The notes below the pieces were generated by a model, which did not search any database, was not told the DNA's origin, and saw only the letters and a program-made list of their open reading frames with translations. 64,000 nt of DNA. It comes from an uncultured Planctomycetota bacterium. GTDB taxonomy: Bacteria; Planctomycetota; Planctomycetia; Isosphaerales; Isosphaeraceae. Positions 48,965-60,300 of the stretch are shown piece after piece; positions within the stretch are counted from its first letter, which is position 1; every line of letters starts with the position of its first letter. The position numbers and the translations under genes are program-made. The stretch lies in the NCBI GenBank assembly GCA_963823665.1, contig CAWGMQ010000004.1, positions 1,504,001 to 1,568,000 of the forward strand. Direction: 5' to 3'.

Positions 48965-50392
48965 ATGCCGACGACGCCCACGATATCTTTTGTCAGCTTG
49001 GGGTGTTCCAAGAACCTCGTCGACTCCGAACGGATGCTGGGATTGCTCGCCCAGGGCCGCTATGCGATCGTGCCCGAATCGGACCCGGCCGACCTCGTGA
49101 TCGTGAACACATGCGGGTTCATCGAAAGCGCACGCCGGGAATCGATCGGCGTCATCGAGGAGATGATCGATCGCAAGCGGTCGGGGCACGTGAAGGGAGT
49201 CGTGATCGCCGGTTGCCTCGCGGAGCGTGAGAAAGACACACTGCTCGAACGGTTTCCCGATGTCGACGACGTCGTCGGAGTCTTCGGTCGCGAAGAGATC
49301 GTTCGGGTCGCCGACCGGCTGCTGGGCGGACTCTCCGAGCAGCGTGGGCTCTTCCGGCCCGCGCCGATCCAGGCGCAGGATGACAGGGCACGGCTCAGAA
49401 TCACACCCAGGCACCTCGCCTATCTCAAAGTTTCTGAAGGCTGCGACCGAAATTGTACGTTCTGCGCCATCCCGTTGATGCGCGGCAAGCATGTGACCAA
49501 ACCGATCGAGATGGTCGTTGCCGAGGCGCAGGAGCTGGCCGCAGACGGCGTGCGGGAGTTGATCCTGGTTGCTCAGGACATGACCTATTATGGTCTCGAC
49601 CTCTACGGCCGGCCCCGCTTGAGCGACTTGCTCCGTGAGCTCGAGCAGATTGAAGGAATCGACTGGCTGCGAATCCTGTACTGCTATCCTCAGTATTTCA
49701 CCGATGAGCTCTACGACGCTCTCACCGGCTCGAAAAAGATCATCCCTTATCTCGATATGCCGCTCCAGCACATCAACGATCGCATGCTCAAACTGATGAA
49801 CCGCCGGCACACGAAAGCGGAGAGCGAGGCGATCATCGCCAGGTTGAGAGCGGAGATACCGGGGCTCGTGCTGCGCACGACGTTCATTGTCGGATTTCCG
49901 GGAGAAACGGCAGCGGAAATCGACGAGCTCATCGACTACATCGAGGCCACGAAGTTCGAGCGTCTCGGTGTTTTCCCCTATTCATTCGAGGCCGACACAC
50001 CGGCGGCGAAGCTCCCCGGCCACCTGAGCGAGCAGGTCGTCATCGAGCGTCGTGACCGCGTCATGGCCGCCCAGCAGCCGATCGCCTTCGCCTTCAATCA
50101 GACTTTGGTTGGCAAGAAGCTCGCCGTCCTGATCGACGCACCCGCGCCGGAAGGACGCCACCTGTGGATGGGCCGATCCTACGCCGACGCCCCCGATGTC
50201 GACGGAGTCACCTGGGTGCGAGGCGCCGAACTGCGGACGGGCGATCTGGTCAGTTGCAAGATCGTCGCCGCCGAAGGTTATGACCTGGTCGCGCGTCCGG
50301 TCGCCGCTTCGAGCTCCAATCGAACAAAGGCTCGGCCCAAGCCGCGCCGGCGTCCGCCCCCTGGGCGGCTCGCTGTGATCGATCAACCGTGA
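48965..50392 (+). CDS. rimO: Ribosomal protein S12 methylthiotransferase RimO
   Basis: SLGCSKNLVDSE, NTCGFI, GCL, radical-SAM CDRNCTFC, LRTTFIVGFPGET, TRAM APDVDG. Confidence 0.95.
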   Translation: MPTTPTISFVSLGCSKNLVDSERMLGLLAQGRYAIVPESDPADLVIVNTCGFIESARRESIGVIEEMIDRKRSGHVKGVVIAGCLAEREKDTLLERFPDVDDVVGVFGREEIVRVADRLLGGLSEQRGLFRPAPIQAQDDRARLRITPRHLAYLKVSEGCDRNCTFCAIPLMRGKHVTKPIEMVVAEAQELAADGVRELILVAQDMTYYGLDLYGRPRLSDLLRELEQIEGIDWLRILYCYPQYFTDELYDALTGSKKIIPYLDMPLQHINDRMLKLMNRRHTKAESEAIIARLRAEIPGLVLRTTFIVGFPGETAAEIDELIDYIEATKFERLGVFPYSFEADTPAAKLPGHLSEQVVIERRDRVMAAQQPIAFAFNQTLVGKKLAVLIDAPAPEGRHLWMGRSYADAPDVDGVTWVRGAELRTGDLVSCKIVAAEGYDLVARPVAASSSNRTKARPKPRRRPPPGRLAVIDQP

Positions 50393-50471
50393 ACCGATCT
50401 ATCCCTTGCGGCTCGCCGGCCCCGCGGCCACCCTGGCGCAATGGATTCTCTCCGCGGGCACATGATTATTC

Positions 50472-51074
50472 ATGAGTGAATCTGAACCCTGCTCCGCAAT
50501 GGTCGAAGCCGCCCACAGCCGTTTCTGGAACGTTCCGAACACGCTCACTGTCAGCCGGCTCGTGCTGGCACTCCTGGTGTTCGCGCTGATCGGCACCGAG
50601 TTCTATTTCTGGGCAATGGTCATCTTCACGATCGCTGCCGTGACCGACGCTCTGGATGGCTACTTCGCTCGCCTGCTCAAACAAGATACGCCACTGGGCC
50701 GCCAGCTCGACCCGCTCGTCGACAAGGTGATCGTCGCGGGCTGCTACATCTACCTGGCAGCCAACCCCGATACAGGCGTCAAGCCCTGGATGGTCACCGC
50801 AATCATCGTCCGCGAGCTCCTCATTCAAGGGTTGCGCAGCCACCTCGAAGGGCGGGGCCAGGCGTTCGGGGCCAGAATGGCGGGCAAGCTCAAGACGGTC
50901 TGCCAGTGCATTTCGATCGTCTTGGTCTTGTTCTGTCTGACGTTGATACCATCAAAGCCGGATGTCTTCTTGTGGTTTCGCGACGGGTTTACGTGGCTCG
51001 CCGTGCTCCTGACGATTTACAGCGGCTTGAGCTACGTTTGGATTGCGCTGCCGAGTTTCCGCAGCGCTACGTGA
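50472..51074 (+). CDS. pgsA: CDP-diacylglycerol--glycerol-3-phosphate 3-phosphatidyltransferase
   Basis: NVPNTLT..R, TDALDGYFAR....T.LG..LDP.VDK, GK.KT; rimO-pgsA synteny. Confidence 0.9.
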   Translation: MSESEPCSAMVEAAHSRFWNVPNTLTVSRLVLALLVFALIGTEFYFWAMVIFTIAAVTDALDGYFARLLKQDTPLGRQLDPLVDKVIVAGCYIYLAANPDTGVKPWMVTAIIVRELLIQGLRSHLEGRGQAFGARMAGKLKTVCQCISIVLVLFCLTLIPSKPDVFLWFRDGFTWLAVLLTIYSGLSYVWIALPSFRSAT

Positions 51075-51125
51075 CCCTCTGCGCGGGCCAGTCTTCGACC
51101 GAACCCTGTTTCAAGGCGCAACTTG

Positions 51126-51967
51126 ATGGCGTGGCTGGAAGCACTTGTCCTCGGCCTGGTTCAAGGAATCACCGAGTTTCTCCCGGTCTCCAGCGACGGC
51201 CATCTCCTGCTGACTCAGAGTTTCTTCGCCTGGCTGACCGGTCAGAGTCGCACGGGTAAGGAGAACCTCTTCTTCGACATCATTCTTCACCTTGGTACGA
51301 CCGCCGCAATCCTCGCCTATCACCGCCGATCGATTCTACAGGGCTGGCGTGGACTCTCTGGCGCTTCCGAAATCACGCCCGGGTTTCAGCGAGCCGAGCT
51401 GATCCACGTCGGAGTTCTCGCAGCGGTGGCAACCGCGCCATTGGTGCCGTTCGCTCTGTACTTGAAGAAGCCGCTCGAGAGCACGTTCGAAGGCACGTGT
51501 GGGCCGGATGCGGTTTCCTGGTCACCGCGGCGGTGCTGCTCGGCACCGGATGGATAGGACGGCGAGACGGGGTCAGGGGGCCGTCGAACACATACTGGTG
51601 GCATGCCCTTGCGATCGGACTCGCCCAGTTGTTCGCCCCACTGCCCGGGGTCAGCCGCAGCGGCGTGACAATCGCGACCGCGCTCGCTCTCGGGTTCTCG
51701 CGGACCTGGGCAGTCGGCTTCAGCCTGCTGATCGCCGTCCCGGCGGTGCTTGGCGCCGTAGTGCTCGCGATCAAGGACCTGAAGCCATCGGATTTTACGT
51801 TCGATCGCGTCGGCCCGGCCCTCGCGGGTACCGTCATTGCCGCGGTCGTGGGTTACTTCGCGATCATCTGGTTGACGCGAGTCGTTCGCTCCGGCCGAAT
51901 CTGGTGGTTCTCGCTGTACCTCGTCGTGCTGGCACTCGTCGTCCTGTCGATTGCAGCGCGTGGCTGA
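51126..51967 (+). CDS. uppP: Undecaprenyl-diphosphate phosphatase, apparent frameshift near 51496
   Basis: LGLVQGITEFLPVSSDGHL, HLGT; second ORF carries PGVSRSG.TI and FS.LIA.P. Confidence 0.87.
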
Positions 51968-51981
51968 ATTGAATTGCACGC

Positions 51982-54140
51982 TCATTTGATCGACGCGAGC
52001 TGCTGGTGGGCGTATGACTGCCATTGCTTCTGCAGTTCCTCGAACCCGCCGATGCGGTAGACCTCGCGCAGCGCCGCCTCGGCTCCTTTGCGACCCGATT
52101 CCCGGACGAACTGGATCAACTGCGCGGGCGTCCCTTGCTCCACCAGGAAGCGTGTGAGCGAGACGCTCTGAGCGTAGTAGAGGCTCCAATCCTTGGCTTT
52201 GGGAGTGTCGGTCGACATGAGTTGTCGCAGCTCGAAAACCTGACCGGACGAAAGCGATTCCTGCAGGTCGGCCGCCCTCAGTTTTTGTTCGCTCTCCGGC
52301 TCGGCGAGCACGGCGATACCCTCGTCCGCCCAGCGCGGAATTTGCTGAACCGTGAACAGATCCGCCACCACGACGTGAGTGACTTCGTGCGGCAGGACTG
52401 CCTCCACCAGCCGGGGCTGATCGGCCCGCAAATGGACTTTTCTGGTCGTGATCTGCTTTCGGTCGCTCTCGATGATTGAGAACCCGGGCGAAGCTTCCGG
52501 TTGACCGGTTGCCTTGGCAAACGCTTTCCCATTCGGATAGAGATAGATTTCGCACCGAGTGGTCCATGCTTCCTGCACGGCCGAGCTGCCCCATCGCTTC
52601 GCCTGCGCCGTGCGGACTGACTCCGCAACTCCAGCGGCTGACTCCGCCAAAGCGGAATCAGCATGAAAGATCAAAAAATTCGGGGTCTCGTGCACCTGCC
52701 ACTCCCCATTCCAGGGGGCGGCCGAGCGCGATGGCGATGGATCGACGGGTGCAGCTTCGTTCGAGCCGGGAACAGGACCGGCCGCGCTCGCTGCGGCAGC
52801 AACTGTTCCATCGCTGGGGGCGGCTCCCCGCGCCCGCCCGGTGAGAAGCGACCTCCGGCTCGATCGGCCGCAAGTTTCACCGGCCGTTGCGCGCCCTCTA
52901 CCTTCGAGTCGGCTACATCCGATGCCACCTGACTCTCCGTGTCACTCCTGTTGGGCGGCGCATCTGCACGCGACTTGCCGAAGAGCCGTGGAAGTCGCCG
53001 GCTTTCTCCGCTGTCCTCATCGGGCGCCGAGCCACGAACCACGAGGTTATCGCTTTTCGCAGGCGTACGGCTCCGGCTCTTCCGCGCCTCGGCCAATCGA
53101 TTTCGCAGGTATTCCGCATACCAGAGCCTGGGAGCCAGTCGCTGAATGCTCTGGATTTCAGCCTCGATTTCGGTCCATTCCCGATCCGATTGTGGCCGCG
53201 CGTTCATCCGGGTCGCGACGGCGACCATGCGGCAATAAGCCCAGTGGTTGATGCGATCGGCGGGCAGCCGGTTCTCACGCGCGAGCGCGGCGTAGCATTG
53301 ACCGGCCTCTTCGTACTTTTTCGCGGAGAAGAGCCGATTGCCTTCGTCCAGACTACGCATCCGCGGCACTCGCTCTTCGCTCTCCGGCTCGCTCGACGGT
53401 CGAGTACCAGACGACTCCGGAGCGGCCACAATCGGCGGCTCTGAAACAGCAGGTGGCGCCGCGACAGCCACAGGTCCGGAGCGGGTCTCGGGCACCCGAA
53501 GGGTCTCCGCCGTTTGCTTGACCGAAGGTCTCCCACTTCCACCGTTCGTTCGGCGCGGGTCTCGGGCACCCGAAGCGTCGCCGCCGTCCGCCGGTGGCTC
53601 TGTGAGAGCCGCCGGCTCAGATCCAGCCTGAGCCGCCGGCTTCTCGAGAGCACGTCCGATTTCGGCATGCGCCGGGGCGGGCATGACTGTCTTGTCCCGA
53701 TCGCGCTCGCGGTCTTTCTCAAGTCGCTGGGCGGCTGGGAGATTGGTCGGCGCGGGCGATCGCGGCTTCTCCGGCGATTTGACACGTGCGTTCGGCTCTC
53801 GAGCCGGCTCGCGCGCGCCGCGGTTCGCGTTCAGAATCGCCAGGTTGTCGCGGTAGTAGGCTGCTTTCCGCTCGTTGCCGGCTGCTTCGGCCTCGTGGGC
53901 GAGCGCCTCGTACGATTGCCTGAGTAAGGGGAGGATCATGGGTCGCTCCCGGGCTCCTGCCTCGAGCAGCAGGTCTTCCAGGAGCGACGCGGCCGACGCA
54001 TTATCTTTGGCTTCGATGAGCCGGCGCGCCCGGTCGATTGTGCCGGCCGCTGCGCCGGCGTCGTCCGCTCCGGCTCCGTGAGCCGACGATGCAAGAATGA
54101 GGCAGAAACACACAGTCACCGTGGTAGCAGCCTGACGCAT
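51982..54140 (-). CDS. Exported protein with low-complexity/TPR-like N-half and C-terminal peptidase MA-like (HExxH) domain, apparent frameshift near 52830
   Basis: Signal peptide; WQVHETPNF, PHEVTHVV, PRWADEGIA, YYAQS.SL..FL. Confidence 0.75.
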
Positions 54141-54330
54141 GACGGTCCATGTCCTGTCGGGCTGAAGGTTGGGCCGGCCGGAAGCCCTGTACTCCGGTCA
54201 TTTCGGGTGCGGAGTATGCTCGCAATCCCCCAGACCGTCAACCTGAACCGTTCCGGGGGTCCCCGTCAGTCTGCGTCATCTCCTTGCAGCAACTGAACTT
54301 ACGGATGACGATGTTGGAAACCAGCGCTGG

Positions 54331-57300
54331 TCAATGCGACGGCGTGATCGCCTTTCCGTTCTTCGAGATCGCAAACACCGAGGTGCCGCTGATGGGAGCA
54401 CCCGTGGCGCCCTTCACTCCGAGGCTTGAGTTGCTCACAATCGCCAGCCGGCCGCCGGTCGGGAAAGTCTGCGTGCCGATCAGCGTCAGGTCCACGGTGT
54501 CGGTCGCAGCGATGTACGAGACCCTGAAGTTTGTGATCGGATGAAGGATCGTCGTCGTCTTCCTTTTGACCTTCTTGATGGTGATGCTATCGAGCTGGTA
54601 ATAGCCGGCCGTCGTCGCACTCACCTGATCGAGCGCGGCGTTGAATGTGAAGCTGAATCCGGTCAGCACCGCGGGGCCGACCGGTTTGCCCTTCTTCAAC
54701 TTGCGCCCGAAGATCGCCTTCTCGCCAATGATCACCGGCGGTGGGGCCGGGTTTAGCACGGTGATTGTCGCCTGGGCGGACGTGGGAGTGGTCTGCACCA
54801 AGCCCAGATTGTTGGTGGCCACGCTGTAAAAGCCGTACGTGTGGCCGGGCTGGGCGGTAAAGGATGCCGAAGTCGCGGTCGTGTGGGTCAAGACCGGGCT
54901 GAATGATCCTCCATTCACGGACGCGAAGATCTCGTACGAAGTGATGCTCGTCGCTCCCACGCCCGGAGTGCCGCTCCAGCTCACGGTGAAGGTCGTCGAC
55001 GTGGTGCTGGCGGGGAGCGGATTCACCGTGCTGGTCGGTGGACCGGCGAGCGTCGGCAAGCCCGCGATCGAACTGAAGTTGGTCACCATCAGGTTGGTGG
55101 CCTCCGTGCCGGTGGCACCCTTGCCCGAGGGCTGGACACCGAAGGCGAGCCCCGCGCAGCCCGCGTTGCCGGGACTCACGTCGCCCGGCAGCGTCGCATC
55201 GCCCGGGAGGCCTGTCGAGGGGATCGCGACTGTGGTTCCGTCTGCGCCGAAGATCTGAAGGAAACCGTCGAGCGCGACCTGAAGGCCGTTGCCTTGGAAT
55301 GCGACTTCGAGCGTGTGGAATTTCGTCGAGTCAAACGACTGTGGCTGCGCCGTGGTGGCCGTGACGGTGTTGTTCCGCAGGTCCACGACCTGGATCACGC
55401 CGGTGTTCGTGAGGCGAACCCAGTAGCCGCCGCTGGGGTCGAACGGCTCGCCGCCGACGATTCCGTCGTTCGTGAATGCCGCACGGCTGCGGAAAAAGAT
55501 CCCGGCGTCGGTGGTATCGTCTGCCGAGTCGGTGGGAACAAGCAAGTTCACCGTGATGTCGAGGTCCTGGCCGACGCTCGTGCCGCGGGTCGCGCCGGTG
55601 TTCGATGACGTGCTGAACTCCACACCACCGTAGTCCACGCTGCTGGGCCGCAGCGTGTCCGATGAAATCACGGCACCGGCAAAGACCGGCACATAATAAT
55701 AGGTGCCCGTGCCGCCCAGGGTATTGTCTGCCTGACCCAGGTTGTCTTGCGTCGCATCCGCCCGATCGAACGAGTCTGAAAAAAGCGTGTTGCTGCCGGA
55801 GGTGCTGACCGTGGCAGTGCCGGTGATGGTGGTCGTGCTGCCACCCTGGTCCGTGACCGCGATGCTGATCGGGAAGCTGCCCGCTTTGGCATAGGTGTGC
55901 GACCCGCTCACCGTGTAGATGCCGCTGGCATAAGAAACTGTGCCGGACGAGGTGGGGCCGCCGTCACCCCAGGTGATCACGGCCGTGAAATCGCCGGCGT
56001 GGTTCCCGGGGTTTAAGTCGGTGAAGGTGGCCCCCGCCAGGATGCTGCTGCCGGCCACACCCGCTGATCCGCCGGCCTTGGCCGCGCTCGAGCCCGAGGG
56101 CGCGTCGTCCACGCTGAAGGTGCTCGTGCCCGCGCTCGTCGACGCTCCGCCGGAGTCGTTCACCTGCACGCTGAATGTCTGGTCGCTCAGCTCCTCGGCG
56201 TAGGTGTACGAAAGCTCGACGTCGAAACCGCCGGCCGGGTTGGCCACGATCTTCCCACTGGCGCCCGCCGGCGGGGTGCCAACCACGCCGCTGCTATTGA
56301 GCGTCACGCTGTTGCCGTCGCCCAGGGTAACGATCGCCTGGTATTGACTGGCCGTGCCGCCGGGATCGGCGTCGGTGAAGTGGAAGACCGTTTGGTTGGT
56401 GAAAGCCTGGCCCTCGACAAGGGGGGGCGGAGTGAGCTGGGAGATCGTGCTGTTGCCGTTGTTGGCGACGTAAAGATTGCCCACCGGATCGAACGCCAGT
56501 CCAGCGTAGGTCCCGGCCGCGGCGCCATCGAGCGTGGCGAACGTGGTTTCGACCTTCGAAGGCGTCACCTTGGTGATATCGCTGGTGTCGCTGTTGAAGA
56601 CATAGAAGTTGCCGTCGGGGCCGAAGACCAGGGAGGTGGGGCCGCTGATGGGCCCGCCGGTGACAAACGTGGTGACGTTCCCCGCGGGCGTCACCTCGTA
56701 AATCGTGTCGTTGTTTTCGCTGGCCACGTAGAGGTTCACGCCGTCGAAGGCCAGCGCAATCGGGTAATCAAGCCCTTGGTTGTTACCGACGAAGGTGGTG
56801 ACGGTCCCCCCTGGCGTCACCTTCATGATCATGTTGTCGTACTTATCGCAGACGTAGAGATTGCCATCCGGGTCGAAGACCGGACCGTTGGGGTTGTTGA
56901 TGCTTGCGAACGTGGTGACCACGCCCTGCGGCGTCACCTTGCTGATGTTCTCGCCATGGAAGTTGGCAACGTAGAGGTTGCCCGCGCTGTCGAAAGCCAC
57001 GCCGTCCGGGGTGTTGAGTTGGCTGCTATTCACGTAGGTCGAGATGCCTCCCAAGGGCGTCACCAGCGAGATGGTGTTGCTGACGGCGTTGGGAACGTAG
57101 AGGTTGCCATTGTAGTAGGCCGGGTCCACGGGGGAGCTGAGCCCCTGGCCCGTGCCGAGTGGGACGACAGTAGGCATGCCCGTGCCGTGAGGCGGCGCCA
57201 GCCCGTCGGCAGTGAGGGGCGCGTCCACCGTGGCCGTGACCGTGAACGAGACGACCGGAGACACGGTCGCATTGCCCGCCTTGTCGGTGGCGATCGCGGC

Positions 57301-60300
57301 GGCCCCGTAGTTGCCGTCGGCGAGCGGCGTTGTGAAGGTGAACATGAACGGCGCGGTGGTCTGGGCCGGGCCGGCGTCGTTCCAGGTCGTGCCTCCGTTG
57401 CTAGTGTATTCAAACTGGACCGAGGCCAGGCCGCTGCCGCCGGTGTTATCGGAAGCGGTGGCCGAGAGTGTCGGCGTGGTGTTGCTCGTGATCGTGCCGT
57501 CCGCCGGGGCCGTCATTGTGACGGTCGGAGGCACGGTGTCGATCGTGAAGGAAACGGCCGACGTGGTCGCGGTGTTGCCGGAATTGTCGGTGGCGACGGC
57601 GCGCACCTGGTAGTTGCCGTCGGGCAAGGCCGTCGCGAAGGTGAAACTGAACGGCGCGGTGGTTTGGGCCGCTCCGGCATTGATCCAAGTGCTGCCGCCG
57701 TTGTTGCTGTACTCGAACTGGACGTTCTTCAGGCCGCTGCCGCCGGTCTCGGAAGCGGTGGCGGAGAGCATCGGCTTGTTGACATTCGTGCGCGCTCGAG
57801 GGGGCGGTGATCTCGACGTTCAGGGTGCCGTTGCCTATCGTGAACGACACAGTCGGCGAAGTCGCGCTGTTGCCGGCCTTGTCGGTGGCGTCGGCCCGGG
57901 CCTCGTACGTGCCCAGGGCCAGCGCGGTCGTGAACGTGAAGCTGAACGGTGCGGTGGTCTGGGCAGTTCCGACGTTGGTCCAGGTGCTGCCGCTGTTGCT
58001 GCTGTACTGGAACTGCACACCGGCCAGGCCGCTGCCGCCGGTGTTGTCGGAGGCAGTGGCCGAGAGCGTGGGCGTGGTGTTGCTGGTGAAGGTGCCGTTG
58101 GCCGGGGCCGTCATCGTGACGGTGGGCGCCACGGTGTCGATCAAAAACGAAACGGCTGGCGAGGTATCGGTGTTACCGGCGTTGTCGGTGGCGATCGCGC
58201 GAGCCTGGTAGCTGCCGTCGGCAAGCGCGGTCGTGAATGTGAAGCTGAACGGTGCGGCGGTCAGGGCATTTCCGGCGTTGTTCCAGGTGCTGCCGGCGTT
58301 CGCGCTGTACTGGAACTGGACATTCTTCAGACCGGTGCCGCCAATTTCTGAGGCGTTGGCCGAGAGCTTCGGCTTGTTGTTGTTTGTGCTGCTGCCGTTA
58401 GCCGGCGCCGTCATCGCCACGGTCGGCGCCGCATTGCCGATCGTGAAGGAAACCGCCGACGAGGTGGCGACGTTGCCGGCGTTGTCGGTTGCGACGGCGC
58501 GCGCCTGGTAGTCGCCATCGGCCAGCGCCGTCGTGAACGTGTAATTGAATGGCGCGGCGGTGAGGGGAGAGCCCACGTCAGTCCAGGTCGAGCCCGCGTT
58601 ACTCGAGTACTCGAACTGGACAGTGGCAAGCCCGCTGCCGCCCGTGTTGTCGGAGGCCGTGGCCGAGAGCGTGGGCATGTCGTCCGTGGTCTCGCTGCCA
58701 TCCTCCGGGGCCGTCATGTCGACGGTCGGCGCAACCGTGTCGATCGTGAAGGAAACGGCGGTGGATGTCGCACTGTTCCCGTCGTTGTCCGTGGCGACTG
58801 CGTCGGCTTGATACGTGCCGTCCTCGAGCGCCGTCGGGAAGGTCAAACTGTACGGTCCGGAGGTCTCTGCCGACCCGGCGCCGATCCAGGTGCTACCGCC
58901 GTCGGTGCTGTACTGAAACTGAATTTTCGCCAGGCCGCTTCCGCTGTTGTCCGTGGCCGTGGCCGCCAGCGTCGGCTTGTTGTTGTTCGTCACACTGTCA
59001 TTCGCCGGGGCCGTCATGGCCACGGTCGGGGCCATCGTGTTGATCGAGAACGAGACGACTGCCGAGGTCGCGCTGTTGCCGGCATTGTCCGTGGCGATTG
59101 CACGGCCCTGGTAGTTACCAGCGGCGAGCGCCGTCGTGAAGGTGAAGGAAAACGGCCCTGTCGTCAGTGCCGGCCCGGCATCATTCCAGGTGCCGCCCGA
59201 GTCGCTGCTGTATTCAAGCTGCACCGTCGCCAGCCCGCTGCCACCCGAATTATCCGAAGCCGTGGCCGAAAGTGTCGGCTTGGTGTTGCTCGAGGCGCTT
59301 CCGTTGGCCGGCGACGTCATCTGAACGGTCGGGTCCACGGTGTCAATCGTGAACGTCACCGCCGCCGAAGTTGCATCGTTACCGTCATTGTCGGTCGCGA
59401 CGGCTCGCGCCTGGTAAGACCCGTCCGCAAGCGCGGTCGTGAACGTGAAGCTGTAGGGCTCGGAAGTCACGTCCGAGCCGGCGTCGTTCCACGTGGTGCC
59501 GCCGTCGCCGCTGAGCTCGAACTGCACGCTGTCGATCCCGCTGCCGCTGTTGTCCGTGGCCGTGGCCGAGAGCGTCGGCTTGTTGTCGTTCAAGACAGCA
59601 CCGCCGGCTGGTGCCGTCATCGCGACAGTCGGGACGACCCCGGTTGACTTGGTCGAGTCGAGATTGATCTCGTAGTACTCGCCGAGTGCGTCATACTCGG
59701 TGGCGATATAGGTCACCACACCGTCAAAGAGGAATGACGCATCGATCCCGCTGACGGACCAGGTGCCGTCGGGATTGACGACCGTATCCGCGTCGTCGGT
59801 CATTTCGTTGGAATCGCCGTCGCCGTCGCTGTCGGTGATGTTGACGACGATATCGTCACCCGGAACTCCTCTGCCGGTGACGGCCACGTTGAACTGGTTG
59901 GCAGTCGTGATCGGCGGGGTGCTCGTAAACGCCAGCGCGAGCTGCGTCGTGTCCTTGGTCGCATCCTGCTGGATCATGGTCACGTTGCCTGCCGAATCCG
60001 TCTGCGTGACGTTGTATGTTACATTCCCGTCTGCGAGTGGGGCGGCGTCAATCCCGGTCACCGACCAGGTGCCGTCCATGACCTTCGCCGGTGCAACGAC
60101 CGTCGTCCTCAGGCCGTCGGTGATCGTGACCGCGATGTCATCGCCGTTACCTCCCGTGCCGGTCACCGTGACGTTGCCCTTGTCGTCATCATTGATATTC
60201 GGCGCACTCGTGAAAGCGAGAACTCCCGTCGTCTTGGTCGCGTACTGGGTGATGTTGGTCAGCATGCTCCCGTCCGGCGAATACTCGTAGACCAGATAGG

